DNA of 64,000 nt. Source: Octopus sinensis (Eukaryota). Location of the stretch: positions 144,708,001-144,772,000 of the forward strand of contig NC_042999.1 in the NCBI RefSeq assembly GCF_006345805.1. The letters are read 5' to 3'. The notes under the pieces are model-generated. The model did no database searches and was not told the DNA's origin. It saw nothing but the letters and a program-made list of their open reading frames with translations. Within the stretch, counting starts at the first letter, position 1; each line of letters begins with the position of its first letter. This document shows, one piece after another, positions 63,571-64,000 of this stretch. A program made the translations under genes and the position numbers.

Positions 63571-64000
63571 ACAACAATTTATCAGAAATCCCTTGCCACT
63601 ACATACACGGTGTGAGAAATATGTAAGAAAGATAGAACAGGAGAGGGGAAAGAGTGTGTGTATATGTGTGTGTAATAGAAGAGTGAGGATGAGTGCATTG
63701 AACAAAAGTGAAGTTGGTATTGATTTCTGGAGTAAATCTGTTGTTAAACATTCTGATGTTAAAATTGAATTAAAATATCATAAGCTATTTATTTCTTGAT
63801 TCACAAATATTGTTCATTCTCTGTCATGTTTCAATTGACATTTGAAGCTGTTTCATTTCACTTACATAGCTAATTTCTTCAAGAAAGAAATATTTGTTAT
63901 AACATTTTGTTTCTGCCAATAATTGGGGAGCCTTTTGCCTAATGAGGTCAATATTTTCATTAATGTTGTATGTATTCTTGCTAACCCTAACTGTCCTAAT

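Overview
AT-rich, repeat-dense animal DNA. The SINE, RTE-LINE and microsatellite families look like Octopus/cephalopod sequence (inference, no search run). A complete 5-exon nucleotide-sugar transporter gene (SLC35A family, closest recalled match Drosophila senju) lies on the + strand at 16499-59870. It encodes 366 aa and has a 29-kb first intron. A second, unidentified spliced gene ('gene X') can be assembled on the - strand (17281 down to about 344, about 194 aa, with an internal DLxGTxTIYW repeat). Its first exon and the transporter's first exon each lie inside the other's first intron. The transporter leader holds a 22-codon uORF inside a candidate 104-nt UTR intron. The rest is transposon debris: RTE and CR1/L2-group LINEs, Penelope-like (GIY-YIG) relics, Tc1/mariner elements, hAT and piggyBac MITEs, Helitron-like elements, at least four SINE families and large TA/CA microsatellites. 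Several hammerhead-ribozyme motifs occur, and one at 57169-57203 has an intact core and is sense to the transporter pre-mRNA. Most short ORFs in the track are microsatellite or decayed-TE artefacts.
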